Source: Myxococcales bacterium | GTDB taxonomy: Bacteria; Myxococcota_A; Polyangia; Polyangiales; DASUME01 | NCBI GenBank assembly: GCA_047601445.1 | Contig: JASGJH010000001.1 | Coordinates: 4,704,001 to 4,768,000, forward strand | DNA length: 64,000 nt | Reading direction: 5' to 3' | In this document: piece by piece, positions 10,803 to 20,520 of the stretch | Numbering within the stretch: the stretch's first letter is position 1 | Layout of the letters: every line of letters starts with the position of its first letter | Notes under the pieces: model-generated | The model's input: the letters and a program-made list of their open reading frames with translations, nothing else | Told to the model about the DNA's origin: nothing | Database searches by the model: none | Program-made: the position numbers and the translations under genes

Positions 10803-12152
10803 TCAGGGATTCGTGGGTGAGCCGACGACACGCTTCGCCGCGCGCCTCTTGCGCTTGCGTGCGTCCACGCTGCGCTTGGTGGTCGGGGCGTCGTCTTGCT
10901 GCTCCACGGCGGATTCGGAGGGCGGTAGCGGCGCCACCATCGGCGCGATCACCGGGGCTTCCGGCACGGGCACCTGCGGCGCGCCGATCACGAGCGCAGG
11001 CGTAGGCTGAGCCGCATTGGCGAGCCCGGGCCGAGCCTCGCGTAGCCATGAGAAAGCCAGCACCAACAGGGCAAAGCAGGAGGCCAGCGCCCACATCCAT
11101 GGGCGCGGAATGCTGCGCACGAAGCGCGGCGCCACGCGGCGCAGGGCCGCCAGCTGCTCCCGGATGGGACTCGAGATGGGCGCCAGCATGACCTCCGTCT
11201 TGGCCGGGGCGGCACGGAGTCGCCGACTACCCTGCACGCACTTGGCGTGAGCGGGGACCGCCTGGAGCGCACTTGCCAGGGCGTCGCGCATCTCCTGCGC
11301 CGTCTGATAGCGCCGCTCGCGCTCGGGCTCGAGTGCGCGGGCGACCGTCTGCGAGAGAGCGTGTCCCAGCTCCGGCCGTAGATCGACGAGACCGGGCGCG
11401 CTGCGCGAGGCCACCTGCTGGGCAAGCTCCACGAGCGTATCCGCAGCGTAAGGCAGGTGCCCGCTGAGCCACTGATACAGCAACACACCGACGCTATAGA
11501 GATCGGCGCGCGCGTCGAGATCGCGGCTGCCGGTCAGCTGTTCGGGGGCCATGTAGATGGGGGTCCCGAGCGTGACGCCCACCTTGGTGAGCTGCTTCAG
11601 GCGCGGACGCTTTGCGCCAGGTGCCAGCGGGGGCGACGAAGCGCGCGCGGGTGCCGTGGGTTCGGCCACCTTGGAGATGCCGAAGTCGAGCAGCTTGGGG
11701 AAGCGCCCGTCGTTGTCGCGCACCACGAAGACGTTCTCGGGCTTGAGGTCGCGATGGACCAGGCCCGACTTGTGCACGGCATCGAGTCCGCTCAGGCACT
11801 GCATCACGAACTGAATCGCCTCGCGCACCGGCCAGGGGTCGTCACGCTGGATGGACTTGGCCAGCTCTTCCCCGTCGAGCAGCTCCTGCACCATGTAGTA
11901 CAGGCCCTCGTCGGTGACGCCGAAGTCGAACACGTCGACCACGAAGCGATGCTTCACGCGGGCGGCGCTCTTGGCTTCGCGCACGAAGCGCGCGGAGGCG
12001 ACCTCGCTGTCCTCCTGCGAAGGCGTCAGGAATTTGATCGCGACGTGACGATCGAGGGCCTCGTGCACCGCGGCCCACACGGAGCCCATGGCGCCTTCCC
12101 CGATCTGCTTACGCAGCCGATACTTTCCCGCGACGATCAGACCGACTTCCAA
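10803..12152 (-). CDS. Hanks-type Ser/Thr protein kinase with C-terminal TM helix
   Basis: GEGAMG, VAIK, HRDLKPEN, DFG, YMAPE, DLYSVG. TTG start chosen after GGGGGAG; the ORF is open to 12248. Confidence 0.92.
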   Translation of the reverse strand: MEVGLIVAGKYRLRKQIGEGAMGSVWAAVHEALDRHVAIKFLTPSQEDSEVASARFVREAKSAARVKHRFVVDVFDFGVTDEGLYYMVQELLDGEELAKSIQRDDPWPVREAIQFVMQCLSGLDAVHKSGLVHRDLKPENVFVVRDNDGRFPKLLDFGISKVAEPTAPARASSPPLAPGAKRPRLKQLTKVGVTLGTPIYMAPEQLTGSRDLDARADLYSVGVLLYQWLSGHLPYAADTLVELAQQVASRSAPGLVDLRPELGHALSQTVARALEPERERRYQTAQEMRDALASALQAVPAHAKCVQGSRRLRAAPAKTEVMLAPISSPIREQLAALRRVAPRFVRSIPRPWMWALASCFALLVLAFSWLREARPGLANAAQPTPALVIGAPQVPVPEAPVIAPMVAPLPPSESAVEQQDDAPTTKRSVDARKRKRRAAKRVVGSPTNP

Positions 12153-12445
12153 AAGCGTCTCCCCCAGGTGCAGAGCGACCTGAGCGCGAACACCGAAATG
12201 GTATACGGGTTGGCTACGGCCTAAAAGAATCGTTTGTTGGCCAGCCAAGATGGGCTCGCGAGGTCACCCCACGCGTCGAACGGGCCATTCCCTTCGTACG
12301 CTGGAGCACTTGGATTCGTGGGCAACGCGCAGTCCTTGTGCACGCTCTGCACACATCCCTCACACGCCACAACGCAGGCTTTTTCCGTGCTCTGGACCGC
12401 TTCGCAGTGCCCGCGCGAGCTTCACTTACGTTACGCTGAGATCAC

Positions 12446-12940
12446 ATGCAGCAGCCGTCGCGCACGCCCAAGCTCGGCCCGACCGTGGGAGACCTCGCTT
12501 TCCAACTCGGTTATGCCGCGGCCTACCGCCTGATGCGCACCTACTGGCGCCTGCGGCGGCCCACCACCCACGGCGCGCTGGTCGCCATCTGGTGTCGCGG
12601 GGAGGTGCTGCTCGTGAAGCAGTCGTACCTGCCGTACTACAGCGCTCCCGGGGGCTACCTCAAGAGCGGAGAGATCGCGCGCGACGCGGCGCGGCGGGAG
12701 TTGAGGGAGGAGCTGTCCCTCGAGATCGATCCGAACAAGCTCTCGCTCGCACTCGAGCTCACCCATCAATGGGAAGGCAAGCACGACCACGTGGCCATCT
12801 TCTCGATGGAGCTCCCCGAACGTCCGAACATCACACTGGACTACCGCGAGGTGGTGGAAGCGTTCTGGTTTCGTCCCGAGCAGGTGCAGGCGCTCGACGT
12901 GTTCCCGCCGCTGAAGCGAGCTATCGCCCAACACGCATGA
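12446..12940 (+). CDS. NUDIX hydrolase
   Basis: Nudix box PGGYLKSGE...AARRELREEL. Confidence 0.85.
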   Translation: MQQPSRTPKLGPTVGDLAFQLGYAAAYRLMRTYWRLRRPTTHGALVAIWCRGEVLLVKQSYLPYYSAPGGYLKSGEIARDAARRELREELSLEIDPNKLSLALELTHQWEGKHDHVAIFSMELPERPNITLDYREVVEAFWFRPEQVQALDVFPPLKRAIAQHA

Positions 12941-13826
12941 TGGCGCGCGCGTTCTGCTGCAGGCCGCTGAGCAGCTCCTGCGCACGCGCGAAGCCGATCT
13001 CCGAGGCCAAGCGGACTAGCTCCTTGGGCAAATGAGCCCCGGCGCGCGACGCTGCCGCCAGATCTTTCGCGCTCAAGGTGATGTGGGGCCGCCGGGTCGA
13101 CGCGGGCGCAGCGCTCGCGAGCATTTTGGTCCTGGCGGGCGCAGCTCCGCGCGCACGGGCGGGCCGGGTGGGGGCGGGCTCGCGCACGATGCGCTTGGTG
13201 ATCACCTTGGGGGTGCGCGTGGCCCCGGTCGCGCCCTTGGCGCGGTGACTGAACGAACCAATCTGCTCGGCGACCGAGGGCGCCGGCGCCACGGCGGCCG
13301 CCATGGGCAACGAAAGTTGGGCCCCTTCCACGCGCGCCGCTTCGATGCGTGGGGTCACCACGCGTGGGACCACCACGCGCGGCTTGGGCTTGCGCGGCTT
13401 CTTGCGGGCCTCTTCGAGCGCCTTCTTCCAGCCTGGGATCGGCTCGGCGAGATCCAGCAACCAGGCGTCGAGCCGATCGAGCTCGCCGATGCGCACGACG
13501 TCTTCCGGCCAACCATGTCCCTCCTCGGGCACCTGGTAGAGCGTGATGCACGACGGATGCGGCACGAAACGCACGAGCTGAGCGTCCCAAGCGCAGGAGT
13601 AGCCGACGACGATGCCCAACCAGGGCTGTCTCCGCTGCTCGTCGGTGCAGAAATGGGCCAGCGACGGGAACGAAACCACGCGCCGCCGACCCAGATGATC
13701 GGTAAGCGCCTCTCGCTGCTCGGCCTCGCGCATGATGAGCGCCACCGGTGCCTCGATTCGCGCCGGCAACGCAACGATTCGGCGGCGCGCACCCGCCGCC
13801 AGTTCGGTGCTCTGCTCCAAAGACAT
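12921..13826 (-). CDS. Hypothetical protein with basic low-complexity linker and short C-terminal helical motif
   Basis: Coherent ORF, Arg/Lys/Pro/Ala-rich middle, ending ELVRLASEIGFARAQELL. Confidence 0.55.
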   Translation of the reverse strand: MSLEQSTELAAGARRRIVALPARIEAPVALIMREAEQREALTDHLGRRRVVSFPSLAHFCTDEQRRQPWLGIVVGYSCAWDAQLVRFVPHPSCITLYQVPEEGHGWPEDVVRIGELDRLDAWLLDLAEPIPGWKKALEEARKKPRKPKPRVVVPRVVTPRIEAARVEGAQLSLPMAAAVAPAPSVAEQIGSFSHRAKGATGATRTPKVITKRIVREPAPTRPARARGAAPARTKMLASAAPASTRRPHITLSAKDLAAASRAGAHLPKELVRLASEIGFARAQELLSGLQQNARAIMRVGR

Positions 13827-13892
13827 CTGACTCAAAACATAGTGGAGGTTTTCGCTTCGGCCAACCAGTGATCTACACGATTCGTGCGCTTT

Positions 13893-14201
13893 CTAGCGTT
13901 GAGCCGGAAGCAGTTTCGAATCGGTGGAAACGCCGCGGTCAGGCGACGCTCCGGAGACTGCGTGTCTGGCGCGCTCCACGCTCTCCAGAATCCCGCGGGC
14001 ATGTACCAAAAACAGCTCGCCCGAGCGCGAGAGACGCACGCCGCGCGCGGTGCGCTCGAACAGCGTGACACCGAGCTCGTCCTCGAGGTTCCGGATCTGG
14101 CGGCTCAAGGGCGGTTGCGCGATGTGGAGCCGCTGGGCCGCGCGACTGACGTTGCCCTCCTCGGCCACGGCCACGAAGTAGCGTACTTGGGAGAAACTCA
14201 C
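13893..14201 (-). CDS. Short LysR-family regulator (HTH only, about 102 aa)
   Basis: RYFVAVAEEGNVSRAAQRLHIAQPPLSRQIRNLEDELGVTLFERT; stops before any effector-binding domain. Confidence 0.85.
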   Translation of the reverse strand: MSFSQVRYFVAVAEEGNVSRAAQRLHIAQPPLSRQIRNLEDELGVTLFERTARGVRLSRSGELFLVHARGILESVERARHAVSGASPDRGVSTDSKLLPAQR

Positions 14202-14286
14202 GGCACCAAGCCTAACTGATTTGAGGGGGGACGATAGATCACCAAAGTATGGGTGCGGCGCGCCTGGCGACAACACACTCCATGGG

Positions 14287-15069
14287 ATGAGCATCGAACT
14301 TTATGGCCCTCGAGAGCGAGAAAAATTGCGACGCGCGGGCCGTGTGGCAGCAGAAACCTTGGCCCACGTCGCGAGCCAGCTAAAGCCCGGACTCAGTACG
14401 GCCCATATCGACCAGCTGGTGCGCGAGGACACGGCGCGCCGCGGCGGCATCCCGAGCCAGCTCGGCTACCAAGGTTTTCCACACGCCGTGTGCACGAGCC
14501 GCAACCACGTGGTGTGCCACGGCATGCCATCACCCACGGAGCTCCTGCAGGAGGGTGACATCCTCAACGTGGATGTCACGACCGAGCTCGACGGCTTCCA
14601 CGGCGATACTTCGGCCACGTTCGTGATCGGCGCAGCGAACGCGGAGGCCATGCACGTGGTGGACGTCGCGCGGAGTTGTCTGCAGGCAGGCATCGCGTGC
14701 GTGACACCGGGAGCCCGCCTGGGAGACATCGGGGCCGCCATCGACGAGCTCGCGCGCAAGCAGGGCTGCTCCGTGGTCCGCGACTACGGCGGGCACGGCA
14801 TTGGTCGCAAAATGCACCAGGCCCCGCACGTGTCGCACGTGGGCCAGCGCGGAGCGGGCCTGAGGCTGCGGCCAGGCATGGCGTTCACGATCGAGCCGAT
14901 GGTGAACCTGGGCGGAGCCGCGGTGCGCGTGCTTCGCGATGGCTGGACCGTGGTCAGTGCGGACGGCTGCCTGTCGGCGCAATTCGAGCACACGGTGCTG
15001 GTCACCGAGCGAGGCTGCGAGGTCCTCACGGATTTGACCGCCCCCCCGGTCACGAATCACACACGCTAG
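14287..15069 (+). CDS. map: Type I methionine aminopeptidase
   Basis: CTSRNHVVCHG, NVDVT, HGDTS, GHGIG..H, FTIEPM, SAQFEHT. Confidence 0.93.
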   Translation: MSIELYGPREREKLRRAGRVAAETLAHVASQLKPGLSTAHIDQLVREDTARRGGIPSQLGYQGFPHAVCTSRNHVVCHGMPSPTELLQEGDILNVDVTTELDGFHGDTSATFVIGAANAEAMHVVDVARSCLQAGIACVTPGARLGDIGAAIDELARKQGCSVVRDYGGHGIGRKMHQAPHVSHVGQRGAGLRLRPGMAFTIEPMVNLGGAAVRVLRDGWTVVSADGCLSAQFEHTVLVTERGCEVLTDLTAPPVTNHTR

Positions 15070-15137
15070 CCGAATCATCCAAAGACTCGAGCCAGTTCGT
15101 TCAAGTTGGCGACGAGAGTGCATGGGATAAGCGGCCC

Positions 15138-17792
15138 ATGCTTACCTCTTTCCTTGATCCCGACGTTGCAACGCGCAGCTCATGCTGGCGACTCCTTTTC
15201 GCGTTGATCACCCTCACCCCGGCAGGCTGTGACACAGCGTCCGTGCCGCCAGCGCTCGAGTTTCCTGCTCCAGGCGACCACGCTGGCGATGGCGACGGGG
15301 ATGCGGACGATCTCGACGCGGACACACCGCGAGAAGAGCCCGGACCCAATGGGCACGAGGCAACGCACGACGCCGGAGCCCGCGACCCGAACGATGCGGG
15401 GGACGCGGCAGCGGACGGGCAAGATGCGCAAGTCGAGCCCAGCGCGTGTCACCAGGAGTGGACCGACAAGGGCAAGGACTCCCTGTGCGCGAGCTGCGCC
15501 TGTGGGCGCTGCGCCAAGGACCCCGCGTCGTGCATGGCCGACAACCCGCGATGCGACGTGGCTTGCGGCGCCGCCAGCCAGCCCTGCGGGTTCAACGACC
15601 TCTCGTGCCAGCAACGCTATTGCAGCGCGGACCCTGCGCTCGAGGCCAAGCGCGCCGCTTCCGCCAAGCAGTTCGCCACGCCCGTAATCGAGAAGGTCAG
15701 CGTCGGAGGGCAGGAGGTGTGGCACGCCGGACAGGGCGCATTCGAGCTCGAACCGGGGGCCAAGGTCACGCTCGAGGGCAAGGGTTTCGGCGCAGGCCCG
15801 GAGGTGGACTTCGCCAAGCTCCTGGTGGGTAACGTACGGGTGCTCGAGACCGATCTCACGATGTACGAGCAGCAACTCGACATCACCAAGCAAGTGCACT
15901 CCGAGACGCCGACGGTGCGCAGCCGCTGGCCCAAGGACGTGGCGAGCTGGAGCGACACCAAGATCGAGTTCAACGTGCCGGGCCATGCGACCCGCGGCCC
16001 CATCCTCGTGCAGGTGCAAAAGCGAGTGGGCGCCAACCCGTCCTATGTGTACCCGGGCGAGCCGCACGCGGTGCTCGACACGCAGACCATGCGCATCACC
16101 GATCCGACCTTCAAGCATCGCTGCGACGTGGTCAGCCAGCTCTCCGATGCCAAGGCCTCGAACGAGATCCCGGTGACGATGGTGAACCCCGGGCTCGCCG
16201 GGTTGGTGAAGAAGGGGCGCGAGATTTTCTGGTCCTACGACTACAACATCGGGCTCACCCACAACCTGCGTGGTCTCGACTGGAAGGCCATTCTGAACAA
16301 GCAGGTCACCGATCCCATCACCAAGCTCACCGCCGATCCGTTGACGCTGTTCGGTGCCTACACCAGCAAGGCTGGCGAGGTGCCCTCCGAGGCGCTCGAT
16401 ACGGTGCACTTCGATCCCTACCCGCAGAAGAACCCCATCCCCGGCTGGCTCCTGCTCTCGGCCCAGAAGACCGCGGGCAACACGCGCGACACCGGGTACG
16501 TGGGCTATCGCTACGCTGAAGCCACCAACCCCTACCTGGGCGACGGCGAGTGGATCGGTTTCAACTGCGCCTCCTGCCACGGCTACCGCGTGAGCTTCGA
16601 GTCAGCCCCGGGTGTGACCACCACCAAGGTGATCCCGGGCCTGCCGAATCCGCGCTGGAGCATGAAATGGGCGGTGCTGGGGCAGTTCAAGGGGGTGACG
16701 GGCGAAGAGGCGGGGCCGCTGTGGGATCCGGAGCCCAAGCAGGTGGACAAGACGGCCTTGATCTACGCGATGCCCCATGGACACGGGGAACACGACCTGG
16801 TGCGCTTTCACGGTGAAGGCAGCCTGACTGACAATGACTACGGCTTCGCCCCCATCGCGATCCCGAACGTCACCCATTACCTGCCCATCAGACGCTCGCT
16901 CTCGCACACGGAGGCCTACGTGGGCTTCGAGGGCTCGTATATCCACGCGGAAGAGCCGGATGGTGCGCTCGGCTCGATGGATGCCGATTCGCTCAAGGCG
17001 CTCACCGCGTACATGGGGCAACTCGACGGCAACGACGACGCGCTGCGCCGCGTGGGACTCTACCGCACGCTCGAGCAGCAAGGTTTGAGCGCGCTGGTCA
17101 ACGGGGATGGCGAAGGTGCGTTCGTGCAAAAGGGACCGGGCGCCTATGCGGAGCTGACGAGTCACCTGGAGAGTGGACGCGCGAGCTTCGAGCAGAGCTG
17201 CGCCAGCTGCCACCAGGATCACGTCGGCCAGTACACGAGCGAGCGGATGATCCCATTGCACGAGGTGGGGCGCTTCTTCGAGCCCACCGTCTATCACCGC
17301 GAGATGCAGTCCATCCGCGTGAGCTTCCTGCGCGATCTGTACTGGGTGCAGCACCGCGGGTTGCTCTCGGACGGTCACGTCCGCAACCTGACCGACCTGG
17401 TGGATCCGGAGCGCTGCACCGAGGGGAGCCAACTCTACCAGCGCTACTACACGATCCACGCGCCGAACTCGCTGCCCGCGGCTGGACCGGATTTCCCGAC
17501 GCCCATCGCCCACGAAAACCCGCGCGGTGAGGTGTTCCGCGTGCTGCGCAGCACCGACGGAAGCGAGAGCGGAAAAGCCCGCAACACGTTCGTGGAGCGC
17601 TTCCGCTACTTCAGCCAGCTGGCCTCGGATCCGGGCCACTATTACTGGGACTACCAAAAGATGCGCAAGGAGTATGGTCCGTGGGAGCTCGGCTCAGCGG
17701 AGCCCATCGGCATGCCGGCGGCACCGCACCCCTGGTGCGTCAAAAGCAAGGAGGAGATCGCCGACCTGGTGCTCTACCTGTCGTCGCTGTGA
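15138..17792 (+). CDS. Large di-heme c-type cytochrome lipoprotein with Cys-rich and IPT/TIG-like regions
   Basis: Lipobox-like PAGC, Cys cluster, VTLEGKGFG...SWSDTKIEFNVP, and CASCH at about 16566 and 17199. Confidence 0.75.
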   Translation: MLTSFLDPDVATRSSCWRLLFALITLTPAGCDTASVPPALEFPAPGDHAGDGDGDADDLDADTPREEPGPNGHEATHDAGARDPNDAGDAAADGQDAQVEPSACHQEWTDKGKDSLCASCACGRCAKDPASCMADNPRCDVACGAASQPCGFNDLSCQQRYCSADPALEAKRAASAKQFATPVIEKVSVGGQEVWHAGQGAFELEPGAKVTLEGKGFGAGPEVDFAKLLVGNVRVLETDLTMYEQQLDITKQVHSETPTVRSRWPKDVASWSDTKIEFNVPGHATRGPILVQVQKRVGANPSYVYPGEPHAVLDTQTMRITDPTFKHRCDVVSQLSDAKASNEIPVTMVNPGLAGLVKKGREIFWSYDYNIGLTHNLRGLDWKAILNKQVTDPITKLTADPLTLFGAYTSKAGEVPSEALDTVHFDPYPQKNPIPGWLLLSAQKTAGNTRDTGYVGYRYAEATNPYLGDGEWIGFNCASCHGYRVSFESAPGVTTTKVIPGLPNPRWSMKWAVLGQFKGVTGEEAGPLWDPEPKQVDKTALIYAMPHGHGEHDLVRFHGEGSLTDNDYGFAPIAIPNVTHYLPIRRSLSHTEAYVGFEGSYIHAEEPDGALGSMDADSLKALTAYMGQLDGNDDALRRVGLYRTLEQQGLSALVNGDGEGAFVQKGPGAYAELTSHLESGRASFEQSCASCHQDHVGQYTSERMIPLHEVGRFFEPTVYHREMQSIRVSFLRDLYWVQHRGLLSDGHVRNLTDLVDPERCTEGSQLYQRYYTIHAPNSLPAAGPDFPTPIAHENPRGEVFRVLRSTDGSESGKARNTFVERFRYFSQLASDPGHYYWDYQKMRKEYGPWELGSAEPIGMPAAPHPWCVKSKEEIADLVLYLSSL

Positions 17793-17804
17793 GCTAGCGC
17801 AACG

Positions 17805-18668
17805 TTAGAGTTCGAGTTCGCCTCGTGCGAGCTCGACCACGTCGCCCGCCACCGAGACCCGTCCGTCGGAAGCCACGCCGAGCAACAGGGTGGACGGGCG
17901 ACCCGTGTACTCGCCTTGTGCGATCTCGAGGGAGAGCGGCAGCGCGCGCTGCGTGGCGATCATGAAGCCACCGAGGTTCGCCGTGGCCGAGCCGGTCGCG
18001 GGGTCCTCGAACAAGCTTTCACCCACACAGAAGAAGAAGCGCGCGAAGGCGCGACCCGGGGTCGTCTCGACGAAGAGATACACCTTGATGGGCTTGGCGG
18101 CCGGAAACAGCGGGCGCAGCGCTTCCAGCTGCGGCTTCACGTTGCGCACGGCAGCCTCACTTGCCAGGGAGACCACGAGTTGCTCGTTGCCAGCGTCGAC
18201 CCACAGCGCTCGCGCGACGTCGACCTGGGTCAGCCCCAGCGCGCTCGCCAGATGCTCGAGGGACGGCTCGAATGCGCGGATGCGCGGGGTGTTGGCATCG
18301 AGCGAGCAGCGGGCGCACCCGCCGTCAGGCCTCTGCTGGATGCACACCGGAATTACGCCGGCTTCCATCTCGAGCGTGAGGTCATCGGAGGCGGCGAGCC
18401 CAAGCGAGCGCGCCACGAACGCCGAGCCCAGCGTGGGATGGCCGGCGAAGGGCATCTCGAAGCCGGGAGTGAAGATGCGAATGCGCGCATTGGCGCGCTC
18501 CGAGGGCAAGAGGAAGGTGGTCTCGGACAGGTTGAACTGGCGAGCCAGGGCCTGCATCGTGCGGCTGTCGAGGGCGCGACCGTCTTCGAATACGCAGAGA
18601 GGGTTGCCGCTGAGGCGATCGGTGCCCTGCGTGAAGACGTTGACGATGTGAAAGCGAAGCCGGGTCAT
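17805..18668 (-). CDS. PhzF-family epimerase/isomerase
   Basis: VNVFT, GNPL, NLSETTF, EMPFAGHPTLG, EDPATGSA. Confidence 0.92.
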   Translation of the reverse strand: MTRLRFHIVNVFTQGTDRLSGNPLCVFEDGRALDSRTMQALARQFNLSETTFLLPSERANARIRIFTPGFEMPFAGHPTLGSAFVARSLGLAASDDLTLEMEAGVIPVCIQQRPDGGCARCSLDANTPRIRAFEPSLEHLASALGLTQVDVARALWVDAGNEQLVVSLASEAAVRNVKPQLEALRPLFPAAKPIKVYLFVETTPGRAFARFFFCVGESLFEDPATGSATANLGGFMIATQRALPLSLEIAQGEYTGRPSTLLLGVASDGRVSVAGDVVELARGELEL

Positions 18669-18739
18669 GCGCGCGCGCTCCAGGGCTGATGCGGACAAAA
18701 GCTAGGACAGTCGCGAAGCCACGGCACGCCGGCTGCACT

Positions 18740-20413
18740 GTGTTTCACCCTGGGTTCCCGGGGAGGTCTGCTTTGCGTGCTCTAGTCGTACCTGCACTCT
18801 GCGCTTCGTTCCTGCTCACCCTGTCCGCCTGTGGCGACGATACCAGAGAGCTCCCCGTGCCGTTGGGCGCGCCCGACGCCTCCACGATGGGGCCAGAAAT
18901 GGACGCGTCCATGGACAGCGGTGCAGCGCACCCTGACGCGGGTCCGAAGTGGGATCCGGACTCCGGATTGCCCCGTGAATGCGTGGAGCCGCCGCCCGCG
19001 CTGATCGATCCCGCCCTGCTCGCGCGCTGTCCGAGCTGCGAAGGCGACGCGCGTTGTGTGCCCAAGCTGCTGATCGAGAAGAAGGCTCCGGAAATGCTGG
19101 CCAAGCTCGGGAGTTGCGACGATAAGAACGTCTGCGTGCCCGATCCCATCATCGCCAGCATGGGGTTCTACAAGCCGGATTCCTGCCGTTCCGTGAACGA
19201 CAGCGAAGGTCGTTGCATGAGCGAGTGTCTGCCCGCTGTGGCGGCGCAGCGAGACATTCTGCCGCAGGCGGGCTGCGCTACCCACGAGCGCTGCGTGCCC
19301 TGCTTCGATCCCCTGAAGGGTGAGGAGACGGGTGCCTGCCGTCTCACCTGCGACCTCGGACCCGTGGAGCCTGCCAAGACCCTGAGCCCGTGCTGCGGCG
19401 GCCTGGGGACGTGCGTGCCGAGCGGCCTCGTACCGAGCGATCAAGCTTCGCTGCTGACGCGTGACTCATGCGTCGAGGAGAACACCCTGTGCGCGCCCAG
19501 CGTGCTCATGGACGACCAGGCCAAGCCCTCGACCTGCAGCTCGGTGGCGGGCTACGAGGGGCGCTGCTTGCCGGCTTGTCTGCCCAGCATCGCCGCCAAG
19601 GCGAGCAAGTTGCCGGCGGACGTGTGTCAGATCGGCGAAGTGTGCGCTCCATGCTTCGATCCCTTCGACGGCTCGGACAGCGGGGCCTGCCGCATCCACG
19701 GCGACGCTCCAGCCCAGCCGGCTGCCACCTTCTCCCAGTGTTGCGGCGAACTCGGCACCTGCGTGCCCAGCTCCTTGGTGGGCGCCGACGACGCGTCACG
19801 TCTACCCAAGGACAGCTGCGCACAGGCGGATTCGCTGTGCGTACCCAAGGCCTTTCTCGACAGCTCGTTCGTGCCTCCGAGCTGCCGCTCGCTCGGCAAC
19901 AGCGAAGGGCGCTGCGTGGCCACCTGCATGCTGCCAACCGAACAGCGCAGCGCGCCGTTGCCCCAGAGCAGCTGCGCCGTGGGCGAACTGTGCGCGCCTT
20001 GCTTCAACCCGGTCGACGGCGCGGCGACCAGCGTGTGCAGCATCCGTGGCGACGCACCCAAGGAGCCCGTGCTGCGCTTCGACACGATCTGCTGTGGGAG
20101 TAGCGGACTCTGCATTCCGCAGGAGCTCTCCGGGAACAATGCCAAGTCGCTGCCCGTGGACCGCTGCGGCACGGCGCTCGGCGCGGGCTGGGTGTGTGCG
20201 CCCAAGCGCGTGGTGGCCGATCCGACGCGCGCGAGCAATCCCTTCAACAGCTGCAAGATCAGCCTCGGCTTCTTCAGCGTTGGCCGCGGCAAGTGCGTGC
20301 CCAACTGCATGGTAGAGGCGAGCGGCTTCGCCAAGCGCCTGTTGCAGCGGTCGAGCTGTGAGAGCGGCGAGTCGTGCGTGCCTTGTTCGATCGGCGGCGT
20401 ACCAGGGTGCTGA
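18740..20413 (+). CDS. Cys-rich tandem-repeat lipoprotein
   Basis: Lipobox LSAC; four repeats of roughly 115 aa with about 12 Cys each. Start uncertain. Confidence 0.75.
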   Translation: MFHPGFPGRSALRALVVPALCASFLLTLSACGDDTRELPVPLGAPDASTMGPEMDASMDSGAAHPDAGPKWDPDSGLPRECVEPPPALIDPALLARCPSCEGDARCVPKLLIEKKAPEMLAKLGSCDDKNVCVPDPIIASMGFYKPDSCRSVNDSEGRCMSECLPAVAAQRDILPQAGCATHERCVPCFDPLKGEETGACRLTCDLGPVEPAKTLSPCCGGLGTCVPSGLVPSDQASLLTRDSCVEENTLCAPSVLMDDQAKPSTCSSVAGYEGRCLPACLPSIAAKASKLPADVCQIGEVCAPCFDPFDGSDSGACRIHGDAPAQPAATFSQCCGELGTCVPSSLVGADDASRLPKDSCAQADSLCVPKAFLDSSFVPPSCRSLGNSEGRCVATCMLPTEQRSAPLPQSSCAVGELCAPCFNPVDGAATSVCSIRGDAPKEPVLRFDTICCGSSGLCIPQELSGNNAKSLPVDRCGTALGAGWVCAPKRVVADPTRASNPFNSCKISLGFFSVGRGKCVPNCMVEASGFAKRLLQRSSCESGESCVPCSIGGVPGC

Positions 20414-20520
20414 AGCGAGCTGCTCCGAGCCTGGGAGCACGGGCGCGAGCTCGCGCCGCAAGCGTGCCAGCGGATCCCTGAACGCACAGATCGGCACACA
20501 GGTTGCTCTCGTCATTCGGC

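Noticed and set aside
9049..11100. 683-aa minus-strand ORF and similar long antisense ORFs elsewhere
   Set aside because: Shadow frames typical of high-GC DNA, with no motifs and lying opposite well-supported genes.
14676..15137. Extension of the di-heme ORF to 1038 aa
   Set aside because: It overlaps map out of frame; the lipoprotein signal starts near 15138.
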